DNA from: a virus
Length of the DNA: 64,000 nt
IMG/VR virus record: IMGVR_UViG_3300029268_000010
Coordinates: 26,516-90,515 of that record
Strand: one strand, 5' to 3'
The notes beneath the pieces were generated by a model that was not told the origin of the DNA, made no database searches, and worked only from the letters and a program-made list of their open reading frames with translations. The position numbers and the translations under genes were made by a program. Shown one piece after another: positions 1 through 10,400 of this stretch (its first letter is position 1; the number at the start of each line of letters is the position of its first letter).

Positions 1-1
1 A

Positions 2-829
2 GTATGTGTTATTGAAAAACCAGATGCCGTTCTTGTCGTTGGCGATGTTAATTCAACAGTGGCATGCGCATTAGCAGCAAAGAAACTGAATATCAAGGTT
101 ATTCATCTTGAGGCCGGCTTACGGAGTTTTGATATGACAATGCCGGAAGAGATAAACCGTATCATCACAGATAGCATTTCTGACGTGTTATTGACCTCCT
201 GCCAGGATGGTAATGTCAATCTTGCCCGGGAAGGAAAAGACGTGTCAAAGATTCATTATGTAGGAAATATAATGATCGATTCTCTTTATTATAACCTGAA
301 GAAGATAGAGAATTCAAATATCAGGGAGAGATTAAATCTGTTTGATCCTTTTATCCTTGTCACACTGCATCGTCCTTCCAATGTAGATGATAAAATTATA
401 CTGAGTAATATCATGCAGCGGTTAAGAGGTGTTTCCGAATACCTTAAAGTTGTTTTTCCAATGCATCCGCGCACAAAACATGCGATCATTGACAACAATA
501 TTGATATAGGTAATATCATTATTACAGAACCATTAGGATATTATGATTTTAATAATCTTATGATGGCTTCAAAAGGAGTCATTACAGATTCCGGAGGTGT
601 TCAGGAAGAGACTACAGCTGTAAGGATACCTTGCCTGACGATAAGAAAGAATACAGAACGTCCTGTAACAATAAGGGAAGGCACCAATGAACTTTACGAT
701 GGGAATCTTGACAATATATATAGTTTTTGTGATAGAGTCATGCATAAGTCCTGGAAGATAGGTGGTACTGTAATCAACTGGGATGGTAATACTGCAAAGA
801 GAGTCATTGATATTTTAAAAAGATTGTAG
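2..829 (+). CDS. wecB: UDP-N-acetylglucosamine 2-epimerase (non-hydrolysing), 5'-truncated by window edge
   Basis: Frame open from position 2 (VCVIEKPDAVLVVGDVNST). Motifs HLEAGLRSFD, PEEINR, TLHRPSNVD, TDSGGVQEE, TERP. Confidence 0.93.
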   Translation, partial: VCVIEKPDAVLVVGDVNSTVACALAAKKLNIKVIHLEAGLRSFDMTMPEEINRIITDSISDVLLTSCQDGNVNLAREGKDVSKIHYVGNIMIDSLYYNLKKIENSNIRERLNLFDPFILVTLHRPSNVDDKIILSNIMQRLRGVSEYLKVVFPMHPRTKHAIIDNNIDIGNIIITEPLGYYDFNNLMMASKGVITDSGGVQEETTAVRIPCLTIRKNTERPVTIREGTNELYDGNLDNIYSFCDRVMHKSWKIGGTVINWDGNTAKRVIDILKRL

Positions 830-848
830 AACTAGAAAAAAGAAAATT

Positions 849-1403
849 ATGAACGAAAGATTAAGAAATGTCCATCAGGACAGAGAGAACTTAGTATTGG
901 AAATGATAAAAGATCAGTTTCCGATAAAAAACATGCTTTATGTAGGTGCTTTCAGGGGTGCCTGCGCGCTAGTAGATATGTTCAAGACCAATAATCCTAG
1001 CATTAAAATTACACTTATCGAAGCTTTTGAAGATAGCGTGAACTATTTCAAACAACATAAATTATTTGACCGGGTAGTGCATGCAAATGTCGTTGACTGT
1101 CTGAGTCATTTTGAGCCTGCAGAATTTGATGCAGTAGTATGGTGGCATGGACCAGAACATGTAGAAAAGTTACAGTCCATATGTGCTATAAAAGATCTTG
1201 AAACACTAGCTTCAAAGATTATATTGATAGGATCACCATGGGGTAACAGACCTCAGAAAAATAACACCAATACCTTCCAGAATCATGTCAGCGCTTTTGA
1301 TATTTACGATTTTAATAAATTGGGATATCAGGATATAAAAACCATTGGTGGTATTCATCGGCCATCAAATTGTCTCATAGCAATAAAAAGATTAGGTATA
1401 TGA
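849..1403 (+). CDS. Putative class I SAM-dependent methyltransferase
   Basis: MLYVGAFRG motif-I-like, acidic residue after beta2 (TLIEAF), FDAVVWWHGPEHV. Confidence 0.6.
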   Translation: MNERLRNVHQDRENLVLEMIKDQFPIKNMLYVGAFRGACALVDMFKTNNPSIKITLIEAFEDSVNYFKQHKLFDRVVHANVVDCLSHFEPAEFDAVVWWHGPEHVEKLQSICAIKDLETLASKIILIGSPWGNRPQKNNTNTFQNHVSAFDIYDFNKLGYQDIKTIGGIHRPSNCLIAIKRLGI

Positions 1404-2086
1404 GCAAGGAAATAGATGTTTGCGTCGTAACCTATAATCGGTTAAGTTATCTCCAAAAGTGTGTTTGGAGTATTATTGCTTCTACACGTCGGCCATACAG
1501 AATTCATGTCATTGATGATGGTTCTACTGACGGATCCAGAGAATGGCTTCAATATATGAAAGAGTCCGGAAAGATATTTAATTATATTTTCAATGAAGAG
1601 AATCTTGGATCCGCTGGTTCGCTGAATAAAGTCATAGACAGTACAGAAACACAATACATCACTGTGACCTTTGATGATATGTATTTTCATCGTGGATGGG
1701 ATGAAACAGTCTTTGGTATTCTTCGTGACTATAAAGATTCAGGTCTTATCTCATTCTATAATTATCCTTTTACAAAATTTGATACTAAGATTGATGATAG
1801 GGTATGGAAGGTTGTAAGGACAGGTATCGGGGCCGCTCTGATCAATAAGGAGTTATATGAAAAAGCAGGTAAGTTCATTCTTCCTTATGGACGAAAGATG
1901 GGATGGTTTACCACTCCGTTCTGTAATCGCTGCAATCATGTTGATATTCCAAGAAACAAACATTATGTTCCTGTAATGCCTTATGTAACGAACATGGACG
2001 AACCTCAGTGCCGATTAAATGAAAGAAATGCCCAGGGAGAATATATTGCTATGCGTCAAAAAGAAAAGAAAGGATGGGGGTTATGA
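1400..2086 (+). CDS. Glycosyltransferase family 2
   Basis: VCVVTYNR, VIDDGSTDG, ENLGSAGSLN, FDDM. ATG at 1400 overlaps the upstream stop (ATGA). Confidence 0.9.
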   Translation: MSKEIDVCVVTYNRLSYLQKCVWSIIASTRRPYRIHVIDDGSTDGSREWLQYMKESGKIFNYIFNEENLGSAGSLNKVIDSTETQYITVTFDDMYFHRGWDETVFGILRDYKDSGLISFYNYPFTKFDTKIDDRVWKVVRTGIGAALINKELYEKAGKFILPYGRKMGWFTTPFCNRCNHVDIPRNKHYVPVMPYVTNMDEPQCRLNERNAQGEYIAMRQKEKKGWGL

Positions 2087-2640
2087 GATCACTTGATGAA
2101 ATAGCTTTGACATATGTTACAGACAAGCGTGCATCTGCTCATAATTATCTGGAGAAATACGAAAGGTATTTTGGTCCGAGAAGAGATTATGCAAAGATTG
2201 TTCTTGAGATCGGAGTGAAGTTCGGAAAGTCCATAGAGGTCTGGAAAGAATATTTTACTGAAGCTCATATTGTAGGTATTGACATTGATCCTAAATGTAA
2301 AAGGCATGAAGGAGTGAGAAAATCTGTTTATATAGGAAACCAGAGTGATCTGTCATTCCTTAAATCAGTAATGGATGATACCGGTGCCCCTGATATAATC
2401 ATAGATGATGGAAGTCACAAAGGAAAAGATATCCTTGCTTCCTGGCAGTTCTTATGGAACTTTTTAAAGCCCGGCGGCATTTATATCATAGAAGATATAT
2501 CAACTTCTTACAACTGGCCGAATAATACTGATTTCAGTGATGTACTTCCGGGAATACTACAGGGATTATTATCAAGAAAAGACTGTACTATTTTCAGTAT
2601 GGAAATGTTCTTTAATCTTTTAATAATACGCAAGAAATGA
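2083..2640 (+). CDS. SAM-dependent sugar O-methyltransferase-like protein (MycE-type motifs)
   Basis: TDK..HNY..KYERYF, VLEIGV..GKS...WKEYF, GIDID, IGNQSD, DIIIDDGSH, LKPGGIYIIED. ATGA coupling with the upstream gene. Confidence 0.8.
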   Translation: MRSLDEIALTYVTDKRASAHNYLEKYERYFGPRRDYAKIVLEIGVKFGKSIEVWKEYFTEAHIVGIDIDPKCKRHEGVRKSVYIGNQSDLSFLKSVMDDTGAPDIIIDDGSHKGKDILASWQFLWNFLKPGGIYIIEDISTSYNWPNNTDFSDVLPGILQGLLSRKDCTIFSMEMFFNLLIIRKK

Positions 2641-3212
2641 TAGCACACTACGATAAAAACCCAAATTCTGTAGCGTGGATGGATAATCATTATTCTCGCG
2701 CAAAGTTCTCTCCGGAGAATGAAAGATTAAATGCATGGATGTTTCCATTACTTGAAAAGTATATTCCAAAGGAAGGAACTGTACTTGAAGTAGGATGTGG
2801 TTGCGGAAGGACCCTTGACTGGATATATCAGAAGAATCCTAATCTTAAACTTATAGGTACTGACGTTTCAAATGTGGCAATTCAGAAAGGTGCAGAATAC
2901 TACAAGCATATTGAATTCATATGTGAAGACGCGGAATTTGCCGAACATAAAGATATTGACCTTGTAATTTGCTCTCAGACTCTTGAACATGTTGACAGGC
3001 CCAGCGAGGTAATGATCAATATGCAGTCCTGGTTAAAAGACAAAGGAGTATTATTTATTACTATTCCTTATCCGAGAAGTGTTCTTGATATGGGATGTAA
3101 GGTTCATTACTGGAGCATTTACGAACATGATTTTATCAGTATCTTTGGTAAAAATGTCATATGTTCAAAAATTGATAAAAATCATTTGGCGGCAATATGG
3201 GAAAAGAAATAA
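2637..3212 (+). CDS. Class I SAM-dependent methyltransferase
   Basis: VLEVGCGCG, GTDVS, DLVICSQTLEHV, LKDKGVLFITIP. Confidence 0.88.
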   Translation: MIAHYDKNPNSVAWMDNHYSRAKFSPENERLNAWMFPLLEKYIPKEGTVLEVGCGCGRTLDWIYQKNPNLKLIGTDVSNVAIQKGAEYYKHIEFICEDAEFAEHKDIDLVICSQTLEHVDRPSEVMINMQSWLKDKGVLFITIPYPRSVLDMGCKVHYWSIYEHDFISIFGKNVICSKIDKNHLAAIWEKK

Positions 3213-3865
3213 TACATATAATTGCTACGCGATGTAATTATTCAAATGAAGATCTGTTCATAAAGAGATTTCCATACCTGATTAATTGCGCTTATGATTG
3301 TTTGCTGCATCAGACATGTAAGAATTTCCAATGGATCATCATTACCAATAATGAAGGAGTGATAAATTGCAAGTTTGATTTTCCTGTTATCTTTTCTAAA
3401 TCAAAGGAAGATTACAAGAAATACATTAATTTTCTTTCAACTGATTCTAATATCCTGCAGTCGAGACTTGACATTGACGATGCCCTGGCTCCTGAGTATG
3501 TTCAGAAGATGAAAGATATTGAATTTCCTGATAATAACTGTATCATTGATTTTTCGGGTTATCGTCTTGATGAACGGACCCAAAAAGTCATGAAAGACAA
3601 AAAATATAATCTTCGTGTTCCTTCTCCCTTTTTGAGTCTTTATACTCCGAAACAAGATACTGAAATCGAAAGTGTTTTTGATCATCAGCATACACAGATG
3701 GCAAAACTCTATCCTCTGATAAAAAAAGATGATATGATGTGGTTTCAGATAATAAATCCTGATTCGGCACTTATGGGAAAGAGAACTATTGAAGAAACGG
3801 AAAAAGGTGGATTTTCAGTAACAGATTATCCTGAATGGATAAATAGATATAGACATGAAAGATAA
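3197..3865 (+). CDS. Putative GT-A glycosyltransferase (rhamnosyltransferase-like family)
   Basis: HIIATRCN, LLHQTCKNFQWII, SRLDIDDAL (RxDxDD), SPFLS. Confidence 0.7.
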   Translation: MGKEIIHIIATRCNYSNEDLFIKRFPYLINCAYDCLLHQTCKNFQWIIITNNEGVINCKFDFPVIFSKSKEDYKKYINFLSTDSNILQSRLDIDDALAPEYVQKMKDIEFPDNNCIIDFSGYRLDERTQKVMKDKKYNLRVPSPFLSLYTPKQDTEIESVFDHQHTQMAKLYPLIKKDDMMWFQIINPDSALMGKRTIEETEKGGFSVTDYPEWINRYRHER

Positions 3866-5387
3866 AGGTATAACAATAATCATTACAGCTTACAGGGCAG
3901 AACAGTTCATAGAAGAAACGTTGAATTCAATCTATGCTCAGTCCTATTTCAAGGACAATGAAGAATTTGAAATTCTTATAGGTGTCGATGGATGCCGGTC
4001 AACCTACAATAAAATGTATGCGCTGAGAGGATCATATAGAAATATGAGAGTATTTGTTTTTAACAATAACCTTGGAACATATATTGTTAGGAATAGTCTT
4101 ACTTCTCAGGCAAAATACAATAATCTTCTTTTCTTTGATTCTGATGATGTCATGTACCCTAATATGATACAGACGGTCATGGAAACAAATAGTCAGTATA
4201 TTACTTACTATTATCATAAATGGCAACATGATATCACTTCTAATGTAGGCAAACCTAATCCCGGAAGTTTCTTTATTAATAAGAATCTTTTCGATTATTA
4301 CGGTGGTTTTATGCCCTGGCGTTGTGCTGCTGACGCTGAAATTCACCAGAGGATGAAACGATGCGGTTGCAATTCTGTCGTTATCCAGGAGCCTATGTAT
4401 AAGTACAGGGTGCACACTGAAAGTCTTTCTCATAAGAGAGATACCGGAGCTGCTTCTGAAATAAGGAAGAGTTATTGGAAGTTACGTGATAATTTTGAAG
4501 AGTTTAAAGTTGCCAAAATTATAAAGACCACAAATTCTGATTATTTTGAGATCTTTAAAAATTCTGATAAAAAAGATATTCAGGCATTTTTTCCAGGAAA
4601 GAAATTAGGAATAATTTATAATCTTTTCGACGAGATAGAACTTTTTAAGATAGCAGTAGAATATGCGCGGCCGGCAGTAGACTATATCTGTGTCACCTAT
4701 CAGAATGTATCTTATAATGGTATTAAAGCCAAAAGAAACATATATTTTGATTTAAAGAAGATGAAACAGGAAGGATTGATTGATTATATCATTCCTTATA
4801 TTCCTAATACGGCGATCAAACCAAAGATGAATGAGATCCGGAAACGGAACATAGGAATAAATTACTGTCATAAGAATAAGTGCACGCATTATATGGCCCT
4901 GGATTCTGACGAGATATTCAAGACAGAAGAACTTAAAAGGGCAAAGAATGAAATATTCTATAATGGTGCTGATTTTTCTGTATGCAAAATGATCACCTAT
5001 TATAAAACTCCGACGACGATATTATTTCCTCCTGAAGAATATTATATTCCTTTAATCATCGAGATGGATGATCGTAGATTTACTTATAAGTTTCAAAATG
5101 GATATTCTCTTGATTCAGGTCGTTCTATGCCTTTTTCACGTTGTCATGAGTTCGAGAGAGAAGATATCCAGATGCATCATTTTTCTTTCTGTATGAAGGA
5201 TATGGAGTTGAAATTAAAGACTCAGCCCACTCCTATACGAGAAGAAACACTTGAGAAGATATTAGACCATTATAATAAGTTTGAACCCGGAATGAAGGCT
5301 TTGACTAATAATGGTTATTTCCAAACAAAACAAGTTGAAGATAGTTATTTCCAAAAAAAGGAGGTAGAGAATGAACTTGTTAAATAA
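3855..5387 (+). CDS. Two-domain glycosyltransferase (GT2 plus second GT-A-like domain)
   Basis: N-domain IIITAY, IGVDGC, NLGTYIVRN, FFDSDD. C-domain NEIRKRNIG, THYMALDSDE, MHHFS. Confidence 0.82.
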   Translation: MKDKGITIIITAYRAEQFIEETLNSIYAQSYFKDNEEFEILIGVDGCRSTYNKMYALRGSYRNMRVFVFNNNLGTYIVRNSLTSQAKYNNLLFFDSDDVMYPNMIQTVMETNSQYITYYYHKWQHDITSNVGKPNPGSFFINKNLFDYYGGFMPWRCAADAEIHQRMKRCGCNSVVIQEPMYKYRVHTESLSHKRDTGAASEIRKSYWKLRDNFEEFKVAKIIKTTNSDYFEIFKNSDKKDIQAFFPGKKLGIIYNLFDEIELFKIAVEYARPAVDYICVTYQNVSYNGIKAKRNIYFDLKKMKQEGLIDYIIPYIPNTAIKPKMNEIRKRNIGINYCHKNKCTHYMALDSDEIFKTEELKRAKNEIFYNGADFSVCKMITYYKTPTTILFPPEEYYIPLIIEMDDRRFTYKFQNGYSLDSGRSMPFSRCHEFEREDIQMHHFSFCMKDMELKLKTQPTPIREETLEKILDHYNKFEPGMKALTNNGYFQTKQVEDSYFQKKEVENELVK

Positions 5388-5829
5388 GATAAAAGAAATT
5401 TATGATGGATGGAAGAACCTTGTAAATAAGAAGGTCACTATAGAAGATATTGCTCGGGTGAGAAAGAATATCTGCCGGACCAACAAATGTGGTTTTTACA
5501 TGACAAAACCATATCGCGGATGTTCTGAGTGTATGTGTCCTGAAAGAGCAAAGATTCGTTCACTAAGAACTAAATGCCCGGAAAACTATTTTGGGTATGC
5601 TCATGAATTAAAACTTTTATTAACAGAACAACTTCTTGATGATCTTACTAGGTTTCGCAAGAAACAAAGTGGTGATGTTATAATATATTCCGATAAGGAA
5701 TTTCGTATGGATTTTGATGTGAAGATGAAAGTTTGTACCTTTAGGCATTATCCGGAACAGGAACCAGTAAAATATTGGAATGAATTATGTAGTTTCTATA
5801 AGTTAAAAATAGGTAAGAGATTATTTTAA
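5371..5829 (+). CDS. Cys-rich hypothetical phage protein (probable Zn-binding)
   Basis: R..IC...C, CSECMC...AK.R....CP pattern. Coupled in the operon. Confidence 0.6.
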   Translation: MNLLNKIKEIYDGWKNLVNKKVTIEDIARVRKNICRTNKCGFYMTKPYRGCSECMCPERAKIRSLRTKCPENYFGYAHELKLLLTEQLLDDLTRFRKKQSGDVIIYSDKEFRMDFDVKMKVCTFRHYPEQEPVKYWNELCSFYKLKIGKRLF

Positions 5830-6308
5830 TGGCTTGTCAGATCGTAATAGTAGGTGATATGCAAGTTAAAAGCTTGTCAGGTATAAAGAAATGGTTTTAT
5901 ACCCAGGAACGTCACTGTTATACAAGAAAGATAAGATTAATGAAACCTTGCATTTCTTGTAAAAAGAAGAATTCTACACGACTCTTATGGTATTACGAAG
6001 TAGTTATCGATGGAGAGACTTATCAGCTTCATGAATCATCTGTTGTTCTCTATGATCAACCAATAATGCTTAATCCTATTAAATGGGGAGATAAATCAGA
6101 AGAGAATACGATTCATAAGGATATCTATGAAGATTCCGAAAAAGATGAAGATTATCCGGCCAATGGAGATTATCAAGGTTATATGAAAAAGAAACTAGGT
6201 CTTGTCCAAAGTAATAAACCTGATTTCGATGGTGATACCTGGTTGCAAAATACACAGACGAAGATTATCAGGCAAGGAGGAACCAAAGATGGTGACACGA
6301 CTGTATAA
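5829..6308 (+). CDS. Hypothetical protein
   Basis: 159-aa ORF coupled to the upstream gene (TAATG). Confidence 0.55.
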   Translation: MACQIVIVGDMQVKSLSGIKKWFYTQERHCYTRKIRLMKPCISCKKKNSTRLLWYYEVVIDGETYQLHESSVVLYDQPIMLNPIKWGDKSEENTIHKDIYEDSEKDEDYPANGDYQGYMKKKLGLVQSNKPDFDGDTWLQNTQTKIIRQGGTKDGDTTV

Positions 6309-6765
6309 ATCGCAATACGGATATATGCGTTATAAAGTCAGATATTTTGATGATATCATTTCAGATACAGAGCCTTTATTCAAAGGAAATAAAAGATTCA
6401 AGAATTACAGAGAACTATTAAAAGGTATAAATCGTAGAGGTCACGAAGATAATAATCGTATTGTAAAGAGAATCTGCAGTACATTTCTTAAATTAATGAT
6501 GCATGATCTTATCTTTAAAAATTATCGTTTTCAGATGCCTTTATATAATTTTTGTTCTTTGTACATTGGATATAAAAAATTCACTAATACAGAGTTTAAA
6601 TATAATATTAATACTGGAGGTCCTTATTATATTGCCCGTTTTGAATACACTAAAGAAGGAAGAAATAGGATTCACAACACAATGTATTATCCATGGCTTT
6701 CAAAAGGATATTATAAGATATTAATGGAAGAAGTAAACAAAGGTCACAAATATTCAAATATATGA
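6289..6765 (+). CDS. Basic IHF/HU-like protein of the crAss-like structural module
   Basis: ATG at 6289 preceded by GGAGG. Helix followed by FQMP..F..LYI strand pattern. Lies just upstream of the tail tubular gene. Confidence 0.5.
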   Translation: MVTRLYKSQYGYMRYKVRYFDDIISDTEPLFKGNKRFKNYRELLKGINRRGHEDNNRIVKRICSTFLKLMMHDLIFKNYRFQMPLYNFCSLYIGYKKFTNTEFKYNINTGGPYYIARFEYTKEGRNRIHNTMYYPWLSKGYYKILMEEVNKGHKYSNI

Positions 6766-7409
6766 CAACAACAGTAATAGATCCGGATTGGATCACCGTC
6801 GATGTAATAAAACAAATGCTCTCTTCTCGTTTCAAAACGAAAGAATGGCAGGAACAGGAAATACTTGAATGGTGCATGGAAGTTGAGACTATGCACCTTG
6901 TTGATGTAGATACCTTTGCTAAGTTTGTGGAAGTATGTATTCCGGTACAGAATAAACGATTCAGAAAACCATGTAATCTTTATCGTTGGCTTGACATATA
7001 TTCTTCCGCTGGAGATCCTCAAAGCAAAGTAAATAATGATACAAGGTCATTAACAGCCTGGGTTAAACTCGATGATGATTTTACTGGTGATTATGTTTAC
7101 GTTAATTATATAGGAACAAAAGTTGATGAACTGACAGGGCAACCACTGATCAATAGATATCATCGGCTTGCATGTATGTTCTATTGTGCTCAGCAGGCTT
7201 TTATGGAAGAGTCAATGCTTGGTATATTCCCTGCACAGGCATATCAGTTGCTTCAGGATGGTTATTCTGCAGCTTGTTATAATGCAGCTGATCTGGAAGC
7301 ATATCGTAATATGCAACGTCAGGACTTTACCAATCTTTCAATTATACAGGGTAATGCGTTACCGCGCATAGGAAACCTTACATTGTATCAACAAGGAATG
7401 GGAGAATAA
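6762..7409 (+). CDS. Tail tubular/ring protein (P22 gp4-like, crAss-like)
   Basis: Size, I.EW..E, V.V.Y.G...DE..G.P.I and A..FYC patterns, and position before the stabilisation protein. Confidence 0.65.
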   Translation: MTTTVIDPDWITVDVIKQMLSSRFKTKEWQEQEILEWCMEVETMHLVDVDTFAKFVEVCIPVQNKRFRKPCNLYRWLDIYSSAGDPQSKVNNDTRSLTAWVKLDDDFTGDYVYVNYIGTKVDELTGQPLINRYHRLACMFYCAQQAFMEESMLGIFPAQAYQLLQDGYSAACYNAADLEAYRNMQRQDFTNLSIIQGNALPRIGNLTLYQQGMGE

Positions 7410-7411
7410 TT

Positions 7412-10400
7412 ATGCAACAAATAAATCAATTTCTCAAAGGTTTGATATCTGATATTGATGTTTCAAAAAGAACATCAGAATATTGGACATTTCCTTCAAT
7501 GAATATCAGAGTCTATAATAAGAAGGGCCAGGGATTCATTGTTACTTATATTGAGGGTAGTACGAAAGTTGATTCATTTGGAATTCCTATTGGAAGCGGT
7601 GAAGAGTTTTCGATAAAATCCGGATATAAAATTCTTGGAGCATGCGAATATAATGGCGTAATTTATATATCTTCATATAATGCTTCAGTAAGTGTTGACA
7701 AGGGAGAAATAGGTTGTTTCCCTAGTCCAAATATTCTTGATTTCAGTAAACCAAATGGTGCTCCCGGCACTCCTGATGCTCCACCTATTGGCTACAATAT
7801 TCAATTTGAAAGGATATACAGAACATTACGAAATTTTACAAATACCACTGATCCTACCGGAATTGAAACTACAGTTCAACGTGATCCATTAAATACCACT
7901 CTTTTTGGATGGGATATTGAAAGATATGTCGACATGTTTGCAGCTGAGAGTTATGATGGATCTCTTGATTTTTACCTTTGTGATTATAAAAATCCAAATA
8001 GAGTAGTAAACTCAGGATTTCATTATAATACAGGAATTGCCAACAATAGATTGTATTGGAATAATGATTTCTTTGGATCGCTTAATCAGGTACAAACTAC
8101 TTTTGCAGATGCTTCGGCTCAGTTTATTGGTTTGCTTCCTAATGGTGATGAGAAATGTGGGTTATATTTTCTTCACTTTAGATATTGTGATAATAATTTA
8201 AATACAACTCCTTTTATTTTAGAATCAGGGCCTATACAGGTTCATATAGGCGATACGACTACTTTAAATACTGTAATGGGTGGAGAAGATACTTATAATT
8301 CTCATAAACAAATCCATTTCAAAGTTATTAATCCCGATCAGTCTTATCAATATATAGAGGTTGCTTTCGTAAGATATTTTTCAGATAGTTCCGGAGTACA
8401 AATACATGAAACATGGCTTATAGATTGGAGATATCCCATTGTTTCTGGAGCAGATGTAGATATTCTTATCACTGGTAATGAAGCTTTGTTAACAATTACA
8501 GATGCAGAAATAATTGAAAGAAGTCTTATTGAAAGAACTTGTCGGTCACATACCCAAATTGCAAATTATTATTTTGGTGGAAATTGGAAAAGTTCTCGTA
8601 CTGATCATCCGGCACTTGTAGAATTCTTTAAAAGAGTACAAGTTTCCTATGATGATAGTTTGGAAAAAAATGTTAATACTCCTATTAATATTAATGAACC
8701 TTCAGCAAATTATATTCCTTATCAAGACGTTTATCTTACATATGATGATGTAGGATATTTTAGAGGTGAACCGTATGCTTTTGGTGGATTTGTTCGATTA
8801 AATGATATGCAGTATTCAAGTGCATATCCTTTACGCGGATGTGATCAATTTGATGGACAAATACTTGGTACTACACAAGATAATTACAATGGTGTTTATC
8901 GGTTTCCAAGAACAACAAAATCACCTTGTATGTCTGCTATTGATAGGATAAGGATATTGCGTGTTAGAATGGATTTTACAGATGCTTTAGCATGGCTTCA
9001 GACAAATCCTACTGATCCTAATGTAATATGGTTACGTTATAATGTAAAACATATATTTCTTGCCAGGGCAGAAAGAAAACCTACATTAAAATGTCAAGGT
9101 GTAGCGATAGGTGGAGCTCAATCATATTCAGAACATTTTCCATATTCTACTTATGAATGTTCTTATAATTGGTGGGATCCATTTAATAGTCATTTAAAGA
9201 CACTTCAAAATATTTGGGTAAAAGCGGATGATGCACTTCAAATACCTACACGATGGGATAATCAAGATGTCGTGACACATTTAGATGAAGTTGGATTATC
9301 AGGTAAACATGGACAACCACTTGTGAAATTTACTGGTGCTGGTAATGAAGCTCAGAATCCATTTAAAGGATGGGCCGATAACTCAACGAATGTTGCGGGT
9401 AATGTTTGTAATCCGGCAGGAGCAGCGAATTCTACTTATATGGAATTAGTTATTCCTATTTATCGTGCATATATGCCAATGTTGTATTATAATTATAATG
9501 GAGGTAATACAGATTGGAGATATTTTAGTTCAAGATGGTTCATTCAACCAAAGAAATATGGTGTTTTCTGTCCAGATCATTTATTAAATAGAAATCTTGA
9601 TATTTCTGATATTGAATATATTCAACGTGTAGCAAAGACTGCGCATAATTTTGTTGAACCAAATCCTGGTTCATACGATTATTGGTTTTTTGGATATCCA
9701 CCTTATGGTTTTGCAAGTTATGATGATGTAGTTCCATATAAATATATTAATGAAATGCAATATGGAAAATATATTGATAGAGTTCTGCCTGGATTCTTAT
9801 CTTCAAATGTTGTAGGAAAAGAAGATGTTGGCAGGGATGGATTACATCGTGTTCCTTCATATCCTACTGCTCTTGGTTTTGTTAATGAGACATATGATAT
9901 TAATGATATTAATGGAAATAATACTTCTCATCAAAATTGTCTTTTATATGCTTATGATAGTAGTAATAAAAGAGAATGGTCAACAAGAAATCTTCGAACA
10001 GCTCCATTTATTGCTATTGAAGAAGATGCAGATATACCAGGCATAGTTCAGGATAATTATAATCTAGATATAGTAAATCTTTATTCTAAAAGACCTGAAG
10101 ATCTTAATTCCAATCTTGCGACCTGGTATGCTGTAGGTCCTCAATTACAATATTATAAAATTTCAGAAGCTATTCCTTTTGTTAATCAAAGTGGAAATTA
10201 TATTTTTCCGGTAACTCAATTATTAGGTCGCGGTGATTGTTTTCTGCAAAAAACATTTTTCAAACAGGCTACATGGGATCCTTCAGGATTTAAAGGTGAT
10301 GCTGCAGATTCCGTAGGTGCCGGATGTGGTGGTACTGGTGATGGATTCCCTACTCATTTCACAAATGATACAGGTCCTGTTTTTGATGCTACTGTATCTA

